A stretch of 64,000 bases of DNA from Heterodontus francisci (lineage: Eukaryota), in assembly GCF_036365525.1 (NCBI RefSeq), contig NW_027141112.1, positions 3,348,001 through 3,412,000 on the forward strand. The letters run 5' to 3'. The notes below the pieces were generated by a model. That model was given only the letters and a program-made list of their open reading frames with translations. It made no database searches and had not been told where the DNA came from. A program made the position numbers and the translations under genes. Below are positions 63,290 through 64,000 of the stretch, in pieces (position 1 is the first letter of the stretch; every line of letters starts with the position of its first letter).

Positions 63290-64000
63290 GCAGGTGTACG
63301 GATTCATAGTAAGGCCCCTTCTGGAGTCGCTGTGTACAGCTCTGGTTCCCAAACCCCAGGAAGGATCTATTGGTATTTGAAAAGGTGCAGCAGAGATTGA
63401 GGAGACTGATATTGGGCTCAAAGGATTATATTATGAGGGCAGGTTGCAAAGGCGAGGCTTGTATTTCCTTGAGTACAGAAGATTGTTGGGAGACCAAACT
63501 GAGGTACATATTATAAATCAACAATTTGGATTTGGGCACCAAACGTAATTTTTCCAAGTTTGCAAATGACACAAAACTAGCTGGGAATGTAGGTTGTGAG
63601 AAGGATGCAAGGACGCTTATGAAGGTTTGTAGGTTGATTGAGTGGGAAAGAACATGGCAGGTGGAATATAATATGGAAAACTGTGAAGTTATCGACTTTG
63701 GTCGGAAAAACAGAAATGCAGAAATTTTCTTAAATGGTGAGAGCTCTGGATGTGTTGATGTTCAAAGGGACCTGGGTGTCCTTGTTCATGAGTCACTGAA
63801 AGCTAACATGCAGGTGCAGCGAACAATTAGGACGATAAATGGCATAATGGCCTTTTTTACAAGAGGATTTGAGTGCAGGAGTAAAGATGTCTTGCTGCAA
63901 TTGTATAGAGCCTTGGTGGGACCGCACCTGGAATATTATGTACAATTTTGGTCTCCTTACATAAGGAAGGATACACTTGCCATAGAGGAAGTGTAACGAA
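63290..64000 (+). mobile_element. CR1 ORF2 fragments running off the window
   Basis: ORF 63526-63996 SKFANDTKL..QRDLGVLVH..PHLEYYVQFWSPY, preceded by a separate fragment at 63290-63505. Confidence 0.9.

Overview
This is eukaryotic DNA, not prokaryotic. The repeat families and receptor type suggest a cartilaginous fish (shark-like); that taxon call is an inference. Most of the window is a nested graveyard of decayed retroelements. These comprise several CR1 LINE families (two long copies with SGNH-esterase ORF1 and APE-RT ORF2, both disabled), L2, RTE and Penelope-like fragments, two Tx1/L1-clade relics, a tRNA-headed SINE family sharing its tail with a CR1-clade LINE in the window, a solo LTR with a 4-bp TSD and a hAT-type fold-back MITE with an 8-bp TSD. 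Host-gene content is small. One is a two-exon class-A GPCR (GPR139/142-like type; 24779-24848 + 28115-29018) with one frameshift. Another is an orphan first exon of a paralogue on the minus strand (58522-58591) with a homologous TATA promoter. There is also a 5' fragment of a histone H1 gene. Tandem arrays of 45, 39, ~67 and ~29 bp are present. I found no CRISPR array, operon, RNA gene or intact autonomous element, and no demonstrably new biological system. The best leads are possible satellite-targeted Tx1 insertion, the compound MITE and the receptor family's shared promoter/exon-1 module. Boundaries of decayed repeats are approximate, and family names come from motif recognition, not database searches.
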